A DNA stretch of 64,000 bases from an uncultured Chloroflexia bacterium. GTDB lineage: Bacteria; Chloroflexota; Chloroflexia; Thermomicrobiales; UBA6265. Numbering within the stretch: the stretch's first letter is position 1; every line of letters starts with the position of its first letter. Location of the stretch: positions 54,096 to 118,095 of the forward strand of contig CAVRUC010000006.1 of assembly GCA_963724295.1 (NCBI GenBank). Reading direction: 5' to 3'. The notes below the pieces were generated by a model. It had not been told where the DNA came from. It saw nothing but the letters and a program-made list of their open reading frames with translations, and made no database searches. The translations under genes and the position numbers were made by a program. Shown one piece after another: positions 21,096-31,663 of this stretch.

Positions 21096-22088
21096 ATGCG
21101 TCAGCTGGTTCTCGTCTTTGCGGTGGTGCTCGGTCTTGCCGCGACCAGCCTAACACCGGTCGCGGCACAGGATGCATCACCAGCGGCGAGCCCAATGACC
21201 GCGACGTGCGAGGCGCCGGAGCTGCCACCTGGAACCCCCACTCCGATGGAGGAGATGGTTCCCGCAGGAACACCGGCCGGGGACATGGCCGGTATGGACA
21301 TGGGCACCCCAGAGGCGGTCGAGGAGGCTGAGGCAATCGCCGAGATTGCCGAGCAGGCGACGCCTGAGCCCACCGCTGCGCAGGCTGGGGAGCCAGCGGA
21401 CGAGGCCACGGCCGAGCGGGTGATTGCCGCCGCGGAGAACCTCATCGCGTGCCTGAGCTCCGGTGATTATCTGGGGTTTGCGGCGCTCATCACGCCGAAC
21501 TACCTCCTGACCGAATTCGGGACCAGCAACCCGTACGATCTACCGGTCTACCTGGAGGGGTTCCCGATCGAAGGCGGGACGGTGACCGATGCTCAGACTC
21601 ACCCCGATGGCAGAGTGAGCGCCGACGTGACCACGGTGATCGGCGGCACGCAAGTCGATCACTTCCGGGCCTTCTTCGTGGAAGAGAATGGAATGCTCCT
21701 GCTCGATGAGGAGCAGACGCTGCCGGTCGAGGGAGCAGAGGTCACGGTCGAGGTCACGATGCTCGACTTCGCCTTCGACCTGAGCCAGGACACCCTCCCA
21801 GCGGATGCCCTCGTCGCCTTCACGCTCCCGAACGAGGGGCAATACCCACATGAGTTCGCGGTGGTGCGCCTGCCTGAAGGGGTCACTGTTGAGCAGGTGC
21901 TCGCAGATCCCTCGCTGGAGGATCAGATTCAGTTCATTGGCGGGGCCTTTGCGGAGCCAGGAGACATCGGGTACTTCGGGCTGGAAGGTCTCGAGCCGGG
22001 AACATATACGGCCGTCTGCTTCGTCGACGTGCCGGAAGGTGTTCCGCACGTCATGCGAGGCATGGTCGCCGAGTTCACCGTCGAGTAA
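21096..22088 (+). CDS. Secreted protein with C-terminal cupredoxin (type-1 copper) domain
   Basis: Signal peptide then DASPAASP; PHEF...YTAVCFV...PHVMRGM gives a His-Cys-His-Met ligand set. Confidence 0.8.
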   Translation: MRQLVLVFAVVLGLAATSLTPVAAQDASPAASPMTATCEAPELPPGTPTPMEEMVPAGTPAGDMAGMDMGTPEAVEEAEAIAEIAEQATPEPTAAQAGEPADEATAERVIAAAENLIACLSSGDYLGFAALITPNYLLTEFGTSNPYDLPVYLEGFPIEGGTVTDAQTHPDGRVSADVTTVIGGTQVDHFRAFFVEENGMLLLDEEQTLPVEGAEVTVEVTMLDFAFDLSQDTLPADALVAFTLPNEGQYPHEFAVVRLPEGVTVEQVLADPSLEDQIQFIGGAFAEPGDIGYFGLEGLEPGTYTAVCFVDVPEGVPHVMRGMVAEFTVE

Positions 22089-22105
22089 GTCGTCTCAACA
22101 CCAGA

Positions 22106-22150
22106 CCGCCCCTCGGCTCGCGCTGGTTTCGCCGGCGACCCGAGGGGCGG
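22106..22150 (+). terminator. GC-rich hairpin after the cupredoxin gene (possible terminator)
   Basis: CCGCCCCTCGG...CCGAGGGGCGG 11-bp inverted repeat; no U-tract. Confidence 0.45.
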
Positions 22151-22335
22151 CCGCTGGGGATTCACAAGCATCATGCGAACGTCATGGCAGGTTGAGCGCC
22201 AGTGAACGTGCAGGATCTCGTTCGCATCTATTACGTCCAGGTTTTGTGCCATTTCGCTTTATCGGTCATCGTCCCTGCCCAGTGGTCATGAGCGCCCGGT
22301 TGCTGCCGGGCTATCGGTCGCACGAGGGATTCCGC

Positions 22336-22632
22336 GTGACCGATCAATCTCGGGTGCGCGTCATCGCTCGGGTCACGGGCACGGTGCAAGGGGTCAAATA
22401 CCGAGCGACGGCACAGCGTGAAGCACGCCAGCGCGGTCTCACCGGCTGGGTACGCAACGAGCCGGACGGCACGGTCCTGATCGACGTCGAAGGCGACCCG
22501 GCGGCAGTCGACGCCTTTCTCGGGTGGTGCGCCGAGGGGCCGCCCGGAGCGCGGGTTGCCACGGTCGAAACGACGACCGCCGATCCCGCCGGCTATGAGG
22601 AGTTCACGATTCTGCGCTCAGAGCGGCGGTGA
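22336..22632 (+). CDS. acyP: Acylphosphatase
   Basis: VTGTVQGVKYR...GLTGWVRNEPDGTV...GPPGARV; GTG start inside the longer called ORF. Confidence 0.88.
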   Translation: MTDQSRVRVIARVTGTVQGVKYRATAQREARQRGLTGWVRNEPDGTVLIDVEGDPAAVDAFLGWCAEGPPGARVATVETTTADPAGYEEFTILRSERR

Positions 22633-22699
22633 CCGTGGCGATCCGAACGGGAGCCTCCGCTTCAATTGGCCTAACACCAGGACAGGGCTTTTGGACTCG

Positions 22700-25567
22700 T
22701 CAGCTCGCTGGTTCGTTCCGACCTCTCGCATGGGAGTCAGTCGTTTCGGTCACAACCTCGTCCGCGATCGCCAGCGCCTCGTCCACCGCCTCCTCTATCG
22801 TCAAGAGACGACCAGCCGACCAGGCCTCTGTGAATTCCGCGGCCTGCAAGGCCGCACGGGTGTCCGCCGTGATGCGCTCGCCGTGATGCTTCTGGGAGAT
22901 CTGCCCCATCCCCAGGGCTTCCCGTGCGGCTTCGACCGCTCCGAGCAACCGTGCCGCCCGCTCCGCCTGGCCCAGCGCCAACGCCACTCCCGCCAGCCCA
23001 TGCACGGCGCCAAGGATCGCCCGCGTCTGCTGGCTGGCCCGCGCCAGGGTGATGGTCTCGGTAAAGCAGCTGGCGGCGTGTGGGTGATCACCCTCAGCCA
23101 ATGCGGCGTGACCGCGCTGGTTGAGCACGAGGGTGATGAGCCAATCGGACCTGAGCTGCCGGAGGCGCGCCAGCGCCTCATCGAGCATCGGAACTCCCGC
23201 CGCGAGCTCACCCCGCCAGATCAGGATGTCAGCGAGGTCCGCCTGCGCCCACGCGGCCAGCACGGGGTTCCCGGCTGCCTGTAACAGCGGGACGGCCTCG
23301 GACAAGGCGGCCGCGGCCCGTTCGCCGTGACCGTGGAATTCCCAGAACATACCGACGCCGTACTGGGCCAGCCCGAGGGCAGCCGGCTCGCCCGACTCCT
23401 GGGCAGCGCTGGACAGGCGCTCGACATGCATCGCGGCGTCGTCTCGATTGCCAAGGATGCTGTTCACTAGCGCCAGGAGATAGTGGGCAACGGTTCGATC
23501 CGTGGCGGGTGCGTCTGGAGCCGCCGCCAGCGCCGCGGTCAGCCACCGGCAGAGCTCCATAGGGTTGGGTCGTCGCTGGCTCCAGTAATCTTCAGCCGCT
23601 GTCAGGAGGCGCAGGGCAGTTCGCCCCTCCCCACGCTCGAGCAGCCAGTTGACGGCGGCGCGCAGGTTGGTTAGTTCGTCGTCGAGGCGGATCACCCAGT
23701 GGGGTTGCATGCTGCCGCCGATGAGAGCGGGCTGGGCCGCCTCCGTCAACGTCAGGCACCACGCGGCGAGGCGACGTCGGGTCTCCTCCCCCGTGCCGCT
23801 TCCGTCCAGCCGTTCCAGCCCAAACTCCCGGACTGTTTCCAGCATGCGGAACCGCGGCTCGCCGTCGGTCTCTTCCTGCCGCAGCAGGCTCTTGTCGACG
23901 AGCGAGGCTATGCCGTCGAAGATTGAGGGGGGCGCTTCGCGGAGGGGGGAGAAGGGGGGATGAGGGGGGTCGCTTCGCTCCAAGGGGGAAGAGGAGACGG
24001 ATGAAGGGCGAGTCGTGCTCCCGTCGTCCTCCTTTCCCCCCTCGTCCCCTTCATCCCCCCTCAGGCCGCGTGCGGCCGCCCCCCCTAGCGCAGCGCCCCC
24101 CTCAGCGAAGCGCCCCCCTTCGTCCCCTACATACTCCGCCGCCTCCAGGGTGCAGCCGCCGGGAAAGACCGCCAGGCGCTGGAAGAGCGTCTGCTCCTGC
24201 GGGGTGAGCAGATCATGACTCCAGGCAATCGCATCACGCATCGTCTGTTGCCGTGCCGGGAGGTCGCGGGCGCCTCGGGTCAACAGCGGCAAGCGCTTCT
24301 CCAGGCGCTGGAGCAGCGCCTGCGGTGGGAGCAGCTTGACGAGGGCCGCGGCGAGCTCGATGGCCAAAGGAAGGCCATCGAGGCGATGGCAAATCTCCGC
24401 CACGGCGGGGGCGTTGGCCGTGGTCACCGTGAAGCCGGGCTTCACGGCCTGGGCTCGCTCGACAAAGAGGCGAACCGCCTCGAACTGGAGTACGTGCTCG
24501 AGCGGCGGCAGGTGCTCCGGATCCGGCATCAGGAGCGGCGCAAGCGGGTATTCCTGCTCGCCAGAGGTGTGCAGGGGCGTGCGGCTCGTCACCAGCACCT
24601 TCGCGCCTGGTCCCCCAGCGAGGAGACTCGTGACGAGGGACGCCGACTCGAGCACGCGTTCGAAATTGTCCAGGACCAGTAGAAGCCGCTTTCCGCCTAT
24701 GACTGTGGCCAGGCGCTCCGGCAGTCCACCCCCCTCCTCGCGCACGCCAAGCACGCGGGCGATGGCCGAGGGGACCAGGGTCGGATCGTCGAGCGCGCTC
24801 AGATCGACGAACCAGACCCCATCCGGAAAGTCGTCCAGCACGCCGGCGGCGGCCTGCACGCCGAGGCGGGTCTTGCCGACACCACCCGGTCCGGTGACCG
24901 TCAGGAGCCGGACATCATCACGGCCGAGAAGGTCGACGATCCGAGCAACATGATCCTCGCGACCGAGAAACGGCGTCGGTTCCATGGGGAGGTTGTTCGG
25001 GCGAGGGGTCAGGGTTCTAATCGGCGGGAAGTCGGCAGTCAGGTCAGGGTGAAGCAGTTGGAAGACGTGCTCCGGCCGGTTGAGATCGCGCAGCGGGTGT
25101 TCACCGAGGTCGCGCAGACTCGCACCCAGGGGCAGGGCATCGTATGCCAGGTTCTGCGTCACCTGGGTGAGGAGCACCTGACCACCGTGGGCGGCGGACA
25201 CCAGGCGGGCGAGGCGATTGAGGCCAGGAGCGAGATAGTCCCCGTCACGAGGCTCAGCGGCAGCGGTATGCAGCGCCATGCGGACGGTGAGCGCGCCACC
25301 CACCTCGGGCCAGCGATCCGCTGCCAGGGACCGTTGGGCATCGAGGGCCGCGGCAACGGCATCAGGGGCGGTGAAGAAGGCGGCCTGGATGGCGTCGCCA
25401 ACCCTCTTGAAGAGGACGCCGTGGTGGGACTCGACTGCTGTCCGCATGAGGGTGTGGTGGCGCTCGACAACCTGACTCATCACGGTCTGGTCCCGCTCCC
25501 AGCGTTCGGCGCTCCCTTCAATATCCGTGAAGAGGAAGGTGACGGTGCCCGAGGGGAAGGTGGGCAT
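22700..25567 (-). CDS. Class III nucleotide cyclase-like + NB-ARC/STAND ATPase + TPR protein, with an in-frame repeat insertion
   Basis: [52 protein letters not shown]; helical repeats. Confidence 0.9.
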   Translation of the reverse strand: MPTFPSGTVTFLFTDIEGSAERWERDQTVMSQVVERHHTLMRTAVESHHGVLFKRVGDAIQAAFFTAPDAVAAALDAQRSLAADRWPEVGGALTVRMALHTAAAEPRDGDYLAPGLNRLARLVSAAHGGQVLLTQVTQNLAYDALPLGASLRDLGEHPLRDLNRPEHVFQLLHPDLTADFPPIRTLTPRPNNLPMEPTPFLGREDHVARIVDLLGRDDVRLLTVTGPGGVGKTRLGVQAAAGVLDDFPDGVWFVDLSALDDPTLVPSAIARVLGVREEGGGLPERLATVIGGKRLLLVLDNFERVLESASLVTSLLAGGPGAKVLVTSRTPLHTSGEQEYPLAPLLMPDPEHLPPLEHVLQFEAVRLFVERAQAVKPGFTVTTANAPAVAEICHRLDGLPLAIELAAALVKLLPPQALLQRLEKRLPLLTRGARDLPARQQTMRDAIAWSHDLLTPQEQTLFQRLAVFPGGCTLEAAEYVGDEGGRFAEGGAALGGAAARGLRGDEGDEGGKEDDGSTTRPSSVSSSPLERSDPPHPPFSPLREAPPSIFDGIASLVDKSLLRQEETDGEPRFRMLETVREFGLERLDGSGTGEETRRRLAAWCLTLTEAAQPALIGGSMQPHWVIRLDDELTNLRAAVNWLLERGEGRTALRLLTAAEDYWSQRRPNPMELCRWLTAALAAAPDAPATDRTVAHYLLALVNSILGNRDDAAMHVERLSSAAQESGEPAALGLAQYGVGMFWEFHGHGERAAAALSEAVPLLQAAGNPVLAAWAQADLADILIWRGELAAGVPMLDEALARLRQLRSDWLITLVLNQRGHAALAEGDHPHAASCFTETITLARASQQTRAILGAVHGLAGVALALGQAERAARLLGAVEAAREALGMGQISQKHHGERITADTRAALQAAEFTEAWSAGRLLTIEEAVDEALAIADEVVTETTDSHARGRNEPAS
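23924..24104. repeat. 181-bp palindromic element, copy 2, inserted in frame inside the cyclase-STAND CDS
   Basis: Same 13-bp TIR as 5690-5870 and a colinear core in opposite orientation; adds ~60 aa absent from the two paralogues in this window. Confidence 0.8.
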
Positions 25568-25652
25568 GGACGCTCCACGATCGCGACCAGTTTGGCAAGC
25601 TCGATCCTATTGTCGCATCACGTCGGGAAAGAATGACTGGCTGAATCCCGGC

Positions 25653-28313
25653 TCAGGTTGGTACCAGGCCCAACGATCTGGCCGTTTGCAGCGCCTCGGT
25701 CGTTGCCTGCTCCCGGGAGAGCCGCCGGCCGTGTGCCCACGCGGCGGCGAACGCTTCCTCTCCCAGTGCCGCGCGTGCCGTCTCGATCGCCTGGCGATTC
25801 TGACCGCGGGCGGCGATGAAGGACCATGCTCCGGCGACCTGATACACCGCTTCCGCCGCTCCCAGCAATCGCGCTGCCTGCTCCGCCTGGCCCAGATCGG
25901 CGGCGATCGTGCCGATGGCCGCCAGGCCGGCGCCGAGAAATGTGGTGTCGCCGAGCGCCTGGGCAAGCTCGATCGACTCGCTGTAGTAGGCGCTGGCGGC
26001 CGGCTGATCGGACCGGGCCAACGCAATCTCTCCGAGCAAGGCGAGCGAGAAGGAGGTCCCCCACAGGGGCTGATGCCGGCGCTGCAGCTCCAGAGCCTCG
26101 GTCACGAGCGTCGTTGCTTTCTCCAGATCACCTTCCAGAAACGCAAACTCAGCAATACAGTCGAGAATGGCGCCGATGAACAGCGGGTGGTCCAGAGCTC
26201 GGGCCAGGGTCAGGGCCTCCTCGAGCAACGCAAACCCTTTGGCACGGTCCCCGCTGTAGCCCGTGGCTCTCCCCTGGCTGAGCAAGGCCATGGCCAGACT
26301 GGCTGATTCGTCGCCGTTCTCCCGCAGGAGGCTCACGCTGAACGCGGCCAGCTCGGCAGCAGCGGCATGATCCTTCCTCGGCAGCGTGAGCACGCTGGCC
26401 CAGTTCAGGGCAGCCGCGCGAAACGGTGCAGCGACGGCGGAGCGAGGCGAGCGGGCCCGCTCCAGCCAGGAAATCCCCTCCGTGCCGAACCCCCGCACGA
26501 ACCAGAACCAGCCCAGCCCCGCGGCGAGACGGATCATGGTCTCCTCGTCACCCTGCTGTTCCACCCAAACGAGAGCGGCGCGAATATTGTCATGTTCGGC
26601 CGCGAGCCGCTCGAGCAGCGCGGGCTCAGTCGCCTGGAAGAGCTCGGCGCTCATCGCCTCGGAAAATGACACGAGGTAGTCGGCGTGGCGTCGTCGCGTG
26701 CTGTCGATCTCGCCCGCGGCCGCGAGCTGCTCGAGACCGAACTCCCGGATCGTCTCCAGCATGCCGAAGCGCGGGTCCGGACCGGTTGTCGCCACGGGCC
26801 GCACCAGGCTTTTGTCGGCCAGGGCGGTGATCCCGGTGAAGACGTCGAGCGCGCCGTCGTGACTGACAACCGCCTCCGCCGCCTCGAGCGTCCAACCGCC
26901 GCTGAAGACGGCCAGGCGGCGAAAGAGGGTCGGCTCATCCCCTTCCAGCAAGTCATGACTCCAGGCAATGGCGTCGCGCAGGGTGCGCTGCCGCGCCGGG
27001 GCGTCGCGTGGTCCACCGGTGAGGACGGGCAGGCTGCGTTCCAGCCGTTCCAGCAAGGCTCGCGGCGGCAAGAGTCTGATTCGTGCCGCGGCGAGCTCGA
27101 TGGCCAGGGGCAGCCCATCGAGACGCTGGCAGATCGCGGCGATGACCGGGGCGTTGTCTTCGGTCAGCGCGAAGTCGGGCACGATGGCCCTTGCTCGTTG
27201 CACGAAAAGGTCGATCGCCGGCACGCGGGCGAGCTCAGACAGCGGCAGCATTGCTTCGGCCGGAGGCAGGGCCAGGGGGGCCACGGCAACTTGCTGCTCG
27301 GCGCGTACCTGGAGTGGCTCCCGGCTCGTCACCAGCATGGAGAGGTGCGGGCAGGCCATCAGCAGCTCGGCGAGCTGGGGCGCCGCGTCGAGGACCTGCT
27401 CGAAGTTGTCGAGTACCAGGAGCAGCCGCTTCGATGCCAGGAACGCCTCGATGGCCGGCAACAATCCCTGTCCCCCTGGCTCACGCACCCTGAGCACACT
27501 GGCGATTGCCGGCAGGACCAGCGCCGGATCGGTGAGTGGCGCGAGATCGACGAACCAGACACCGTCGGGGAAGGCATCGAGCGCTTCGGCGGCGACGGCC
27601 AGGGCCAGCCGCGTCTTGCCAGTCCCACCCGGACCGGTCAAGGTGACGAGTCGATCGCCCTCGCGCTCGATCATCGCCGAGATATGGGCGATCTCCGCTT
27701 CGCGGCCGACCAGCGTCGTGAGCTGCATCGGCAGATTGGTTTCCAGGCGCTCGAGGGTTTGCGGCGGGGGAAAGCTCGACTGGAGCCCCGGGGCGAGCAC
27801 CTGCCAGATGCGTTCCGGCTCCAGCAGATCGCGCAGCCGGTACTCGCCGAGATCAACCAGGGTCACGGAGGGGAGCGGAGCATCGTCGATCAAGGCGCGC
27901 GCCGCATCGGAGAGCACGATCTGGCCGCCATGGGCGACCGCGAGGAGCCGGCTCAACCGGTTGAGCGCGGGTACCTGGTGGTAGTCACCCGCGGCATCGG
28001 GCGTAGCCTCGCCAACGTGCAGCGCCATGCGCACCCGAATCGGAGCGGGCAGCGACCAGGGTTCAGCGGCGATCGCCTGCTGCGCGGCAACCGCGGCGGC
28101 AAGCGCATCGGGAGCAGCGGCGAAGGCGGCCTGCACGGCGTCGCCGATGATCTGGAAGCGATACCCGTCATGGGCGGCGATCGCCGCATCGAGCAGCTCG
28201 AGATGGCGGTTGACCGCGAGGCGCATCGCCGCCTGGTCCTGCTCCCAGAGCGCCGTGCTGCCTTCGATATCCGTGAAGAGGAAGGTGACAGTGCCGCTGG
28301 GCAGATCGGGCAT
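25653..28313 (-). CDS. Class III nucleotide cyclase-like + NB-ARC/STAND ATPase + TPR protein (tandem paralogue)
   Basis: [57 protein letters not shown]. Confidence 0.92.
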   Translation of the reverse strand: MPDLPSGTVTFLFTDIEGSTALWEQDQAAMRLAVNRHLELLDAAIAAHDGYRFQIIGDAVQAAFAAAPDALAAAVAAQQAIAAEPWSLPAPIRVRMALHVGEATPDAAGDYHQVPALNRLSRLLAVAHGGQIVLSDAARALIDDAPLPSVTLVDLGEYRLRDLLEPERIWQVLAPGLQSSFPPPQTLERLETNLPMQLTTLVGREAEIAHISAMIEREGDRLVTLTGPGGTGKTRLALAVAAEALDAFPDGVWFVDLAPLTDPALVLPAIASVLRVREPGGQGLLPAIEAFLASKRLLLVLDNFEQVLDAAPQLAELLMACPHLSMLVTSREPLQVRAEQQVAVAPLALPPAEAMLPLSELARVPAIDLFVQRARAIVPDFALTEDNAPVIAAICQRLDGLPLAIELAAARIRLLPPRALLERLERSLPVLTGGPRDAPARQRTLRDAIAWSHDLLEGDEPTLFRRLAVFSGGWTLEAAEAVVSHDGALDVFTGITALADKSLVRPVATTGPDPRFGMLETIREFGLEQLAAAGEIDSTRRRHADYLVSFSEAMSAELFQATEPALLERLAAEHDNIRAALVWVEQQGDEETMIRLAAGLGWFWFVRGFGTEGISWLERARSPRSAVAAPFRAAALNWASVLTLPRKDHAAAAELAAFSVSLLRENGDESASLAMALLSQGRATGYSGDRAKGFALLEEALTLARALDHPLFIGAILDCIAEFAFLEGDLEKATTLVTEALELQRRHQPLWGTSFSLALLGEIALARSDQPAASAYYSESIELAQALGDTTFLGAGLAAIGTIAADLGQAEQAARLLGAAEAVYQVAGAWSFIAARGQNRQAIETARAALGEEAFAAAWAHGRRLSREQATTEALQTARSLGLVPT

Positions 28314-28430
28314 GGTGCCTCTCGCGACGCTCGGCTGGATATGAACCCTACCGATTGTCGCATGGGAGCACGGGGGTCACGCCAGAGGCGCACCGAGCTG
28401 GGCTTCCGAATGACTACGGCGATGCGGGCG

Positions 28431-29732
28431 TTACGCCGAGGCGATGAATGCGCCTGCCGATGAGGTAGACCAGTTGACGCGCTCGGGTACGGAAGTCCAG
28501 GTCCGGGCGATCGCCGCAACGGCCTCGTCAATGTCCTCCACCTGGTGAAGGGCGGTGAGCACGAAGCGGATCGCACCTCCACCCGGTTCTTCCGGAGGCG
28601 CGAGTTGGAGCACGGGCCAGATGCCGTGACGCCGGAGTGTCGATGCCGCAATCGTTGCCATGGCGCCACTCGGCAAGCGGAGACTTTGGATTGGGAACAA
28701 AGAAGCGGGTTCCGGTTCCAGACCAACGCGACGGAGGCCGTTGCGGAAGCGGCGAACGAGAAAGACGAGGTGACGACGGAGATCATCGCCCTCTCGGTCG
28801 TGTACCTGAAGGGCAGCCAGCGCGGCGGCGAGAATCGGGGTTGCCGGCGGGCTGCTGTGGACGAAGGTACCAGCGGTCAGGCGTAGGTGGTCGATGAAAC
28901 GCTCCGGACCAGCGACGAAGGCGACCGGAACCCCGAGGGCTTTGGCGAGTCCTCCGACGTGGACAACGCTACCATTCCTTACCCCAAGGTGACGCGGAGT
29001 GCCACCTCCTCCGTAGCCAAACGGCATCTTCGCGGTCGGCTCCTCACCCAGCACTCCGAACCCGTGGGCGTCGTCGACGTAGACGGCTGCTCCGTACCGC
29101 TCGGCAAGCGTCGCGAACGCGCGCAGCGCGGCCACCCGCCCGCCAAGCGGGTAGATCCCGTCACAAACGATGACGTTATCCTGCACGGTCATATGAGACC
29201 GGAGCAGCCGCTCCAGCGCGAAGGCGTCGTTGTGAGGAAATCGGACCAGACGCTCGGTGACGCGCGCGGCCACGAAGGCCCCGTCGAGGCTGATCGGATA
29301 GGCACGCTCGTCGACGAACAGCATGCCGGTCTGACCAGCAAGCAATGGCAGAACGTCGAGCGCAATGTGGGTTGTCGAAGGAAAGACGAGGGCCCGCTCC
29401 TGGCCGACGAGCGCCGCTATTGCGGTCTCCACCCGCCCGGTCAACGCGGCGGCGGCGAGTGCGCGTGGCATCCCCAGCGAGATGCCGCCCGCCGCCGCTT
29501 GCGCCATGGCGGTCTTAACTCGAGGGTCTTGCCCCAGCCCGAGGTAATGGCTCGTCGCAAAGTTGAGCACCCAGCGACCATCCACACGGGCGCGTGGACC
29601 ATCGGACTTCGTGATTGTCTGGAATACCAACCCGTCATCGCGAGCGAGGCGGTCGATCAGGCCGGGCATCGCCTGTCCACGCCGCTGCACCAGCTCGTCG
29701 AGAGTGGTCATCACTGGCTCTCGTTCCGTCAC
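28431..29732 (-). CDS. PLP-dependent alpha-oxoamine synthase family enzyme (BioF/KBL/SPT-like)
   Basis: NFATSHYLGL, CDGIYPLGG, VDDAHGFG, GGLAKA (PLP lysine). Confidence 0.85.
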   Translation of the reverse strand: MTEREPVMTTLDELVQRRGQAMPGLIDRLARDDGLVFQTITKSDGPRARVDGRWVLNFATSHYLGLGQDPRVKTAMAQAAAGGISLGMPRALAAAALTGRVETAIAALVGQERALVFPSTTHIALDVLPLLAGQTGMLFVDERAYPISLDGAFVAARVTERLVRFPHNDAFALERLLRSHMTVQDNVIVCDGIYPLGGRVAALRAFATLAERYGAAVYVDDAHGFGVLGEEPTAKMPFGYGGGGTPRHLGVRNGSVVHVGGLAKALGVPVAFVAGPERFIDHLRLTAGTFVHSSPPATPILAAALAALQVHDREGDDLRRHLVFLVRRFRNGLRRVGLEPEPASLFPIQSLRLPSGAMATIAASTLRRHGIWPVLQLAPPEEPGGGAIRFVLTALHQVEDIDEAVAAIARTWTSVPERVNWSTSSAGAFIASA

Positions 29733-29735
29733 GCC

Positions 29736-30815
29736 CTACGTATTCGACAAAAAGGCGGCGGTCTCCATGTGCTGGCGCCAATGGGCGATCGGTACGCCGT
29801 TGTGCGAGCGCGCGGTCGAGGCCGCCACGGACACGTTCGGGAGGTTCTGAAGCTGAACCTGGCGACGGAGTGCCGTCGAAAGCGGCTTCGTGCTTCCGAG
29901 GTAGTGGATGAACAGCCGGGCATCCGGACGCGCGCGGGCCCATTTGATCCAGGCCACGTCGTCGCCGGTGTTGTAGAGGCAATCAAAGCCCCAGCACTCG
30001 CGGATCGAGGCAGCGGAACGCTGCCCGGAGAGAGCCAGGCGGCGCATAGGGTAGCCGCCGCCGGAATGGCAGGCGAGGACCAGGCTTCCCAGGACCGGGG
30101 TCACACTCGCGCCGCTATACGGGCCGTGGGCACGCAGGGCGGCAAGGACCTGATCTACATACCTGTCGAGGCCACCTGCTTCGGTCAACCATCCAGCCTG
30201 GGAGCGAGGACCGAGTGTCGGTGCGGCCAGAATGACGTTCTTGCGGCTCTCGTTGGTCGCCTCCCGCAGCGCAAAGTGCGGGAACCTGGTGCGGTTCCAG
30301 TAGCCATCGATCGACACGTTCGGGAAACTGCCCTTATGCCCATGGAGGTACAGGACGAGGTCAACGCGCGGAACGGGGCGGTAGCCCGCTGGAATGAAGA
30401 TTCCGGTCATGGGGCGGGCTGGCCGCTCGCCGCCGAGGGTAATGGCCGTGTAGAGCGTGGTCGACGGCGGGGAGGTCTCGCGCTGGATCAGTGCCGGCGG
30501 TCCGCCACTCGGCGCCGGGCCGGGCCGAGGGACGACGGGGGTGGAGGAGCCAGCACCCGGAGGGGGCGGTGCCCCCGCGGCGACCAGTGCCGCCTCTGTG
30601 CGCGGCCCCATCACGCCGTCGGCCGGGAGGCCACGCCCTCGCTGAAATGCCTGCACGGCGCCTCGAGTTCCAGGGCCGAATCGGCCATCGACCGTCAACC
30701 CGGCCCCGGCCGCGCGATTGAGCGCCCCCTGCACCCAACGCACATAGACCGGGCTGCGCCGGTCGGTCTCGTTCAGGACTCGATCAAAGGGCGACTGGCT
30801 CACCACGAATGACAT
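29736..30815 (-). CDS. PG-binding domain + alpha/beta-hydrolase-like domain protein
   Basis: [10 protein letters not shown]...[16 protein letters not shown]...[21 protein letters not shown] elbow, GFDCLY, C-terminal His (SHNGVP); no signal peptide. Confidence 0.8.
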   Translation of the reverse strand: MSFVVSQSPFDRVLNETDRRSPVYVRWVQGALNRAAGAGLTVDGRFGPGTRGAVQAFQRGRGLPADGVMGPRTEAALVAAGAPPPPGAGSSTPVVPRPGPAPSGGPPALIQRETSPPSTTLYTAITLGGERPARPMTGIFIPAGYRPVPRVDLVLYLHGHKGSFPNVSIDGYWNRTRFPHFALREATNESRKNVILAAPTLGPRSQAGWLTEAGGLDRYVDQVLAALRAHGPYSGASVTPVLGSLVLACHSGGGYPMRRLALSGQRSAASIRECWGFDCLYNTGDDVAWIKWARARPDARLFIHYLGSTKPLSTALRRQVQLQNLPNVSVAASTARSHNGVPIAHWRQHMETAAFLSNT

Positions 30816-31652
30816 CAGGCACGCTCCTTCCACGAGAACTCACGAAGGCGGGTAAACGGACAGCGCTCCCCGGGAGTGACAGCTGCTGGCGCCGGGCGTC
30901 CGCGTGAACGCTCCATCCGGCCGGCATCCCGGATGAGCCGAAGCAGGTTGCCGCCCAGCACGAGCGCTTCGTCGGTCGCGGACAGCCCGAGAAGGCGGAT
31001 CTTGTGGAGCTCCAGGCCGGGGTGCAGCCACGGGCCGTCTGACCCGAAGAGCACTTTGTGGGCGCCACCCCTGCGGACGGCTTGGGCCACATAGTCGAAC
31101 CGCTTGACCCCTGACGTATCCGCATAGACGTTCGGCAGCCGGGCGATCTGATCGACGACCTGAACGTGGGCGCGCCAGTCATCGCTAAAGCTGCCGAGAT
31201 GCGGGACGATGAACGACACGTCCGGAAACTGCGTCAGCGAACATCTCGATGACTGCTGCCTGACCAATGACATCGACCAGGATCGGGAGGTGGAACGCCC
31301 GCGCCGCCTCACAGACCTCTCGCGTCGGCATCGCGTCGGAACCATGAACCTTGATGCCGCAGAAGCCCCATTGCCGCACCGCGTGCTCGACCATCGTGAA
31401 GATCCGCCCCGCGTCGCGGGACGAATGGACGAAGGCAAAGCCCATCAGCCGGCCGCCCGACGCGGCTACGATACCGCGCCACCTCGGCATTAGCCCGCGC
31501 GTAGTCGCTATGAAACGGGGCGAAGACCACCGTTCGGTCGATGCCGGCGCGCGGGCACGGCGGAGGTACGCTCGCAGCGGCGCCACCGTATTCCAGGGCG
31601 CCGTCATCACGTCGCCTCTCCCGGCGTGGCAGTGGCAGTCGACAATCACCAT
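30815..31652 (-). CDS. Amidohydrolase_2-family metallohydrolase (about 3 apparent frameshifts)
   Basis: [33 protein letters not shown] stitched from ORFs 31185-31652, 31309-31680 and 30815-31438. Confidence 0.85.
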
Positions 31653-31663
31653 GCTTCTCCGCG

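Noticed and set aside
28431..29732. bioF of biotin synthesis
   Set aside because: Only family-level motifs are visible and there are no bioA/B/D neighbours, so no gene symbol was assigned
26685..30812. Long plus-strand ORFs 26685-28463 and 28887-30812 (also 31541-32734, 42558-43844)
   Set aside because: Antisense shadows of well-supported minus-strand genes in GC-rich DNA; no motifs
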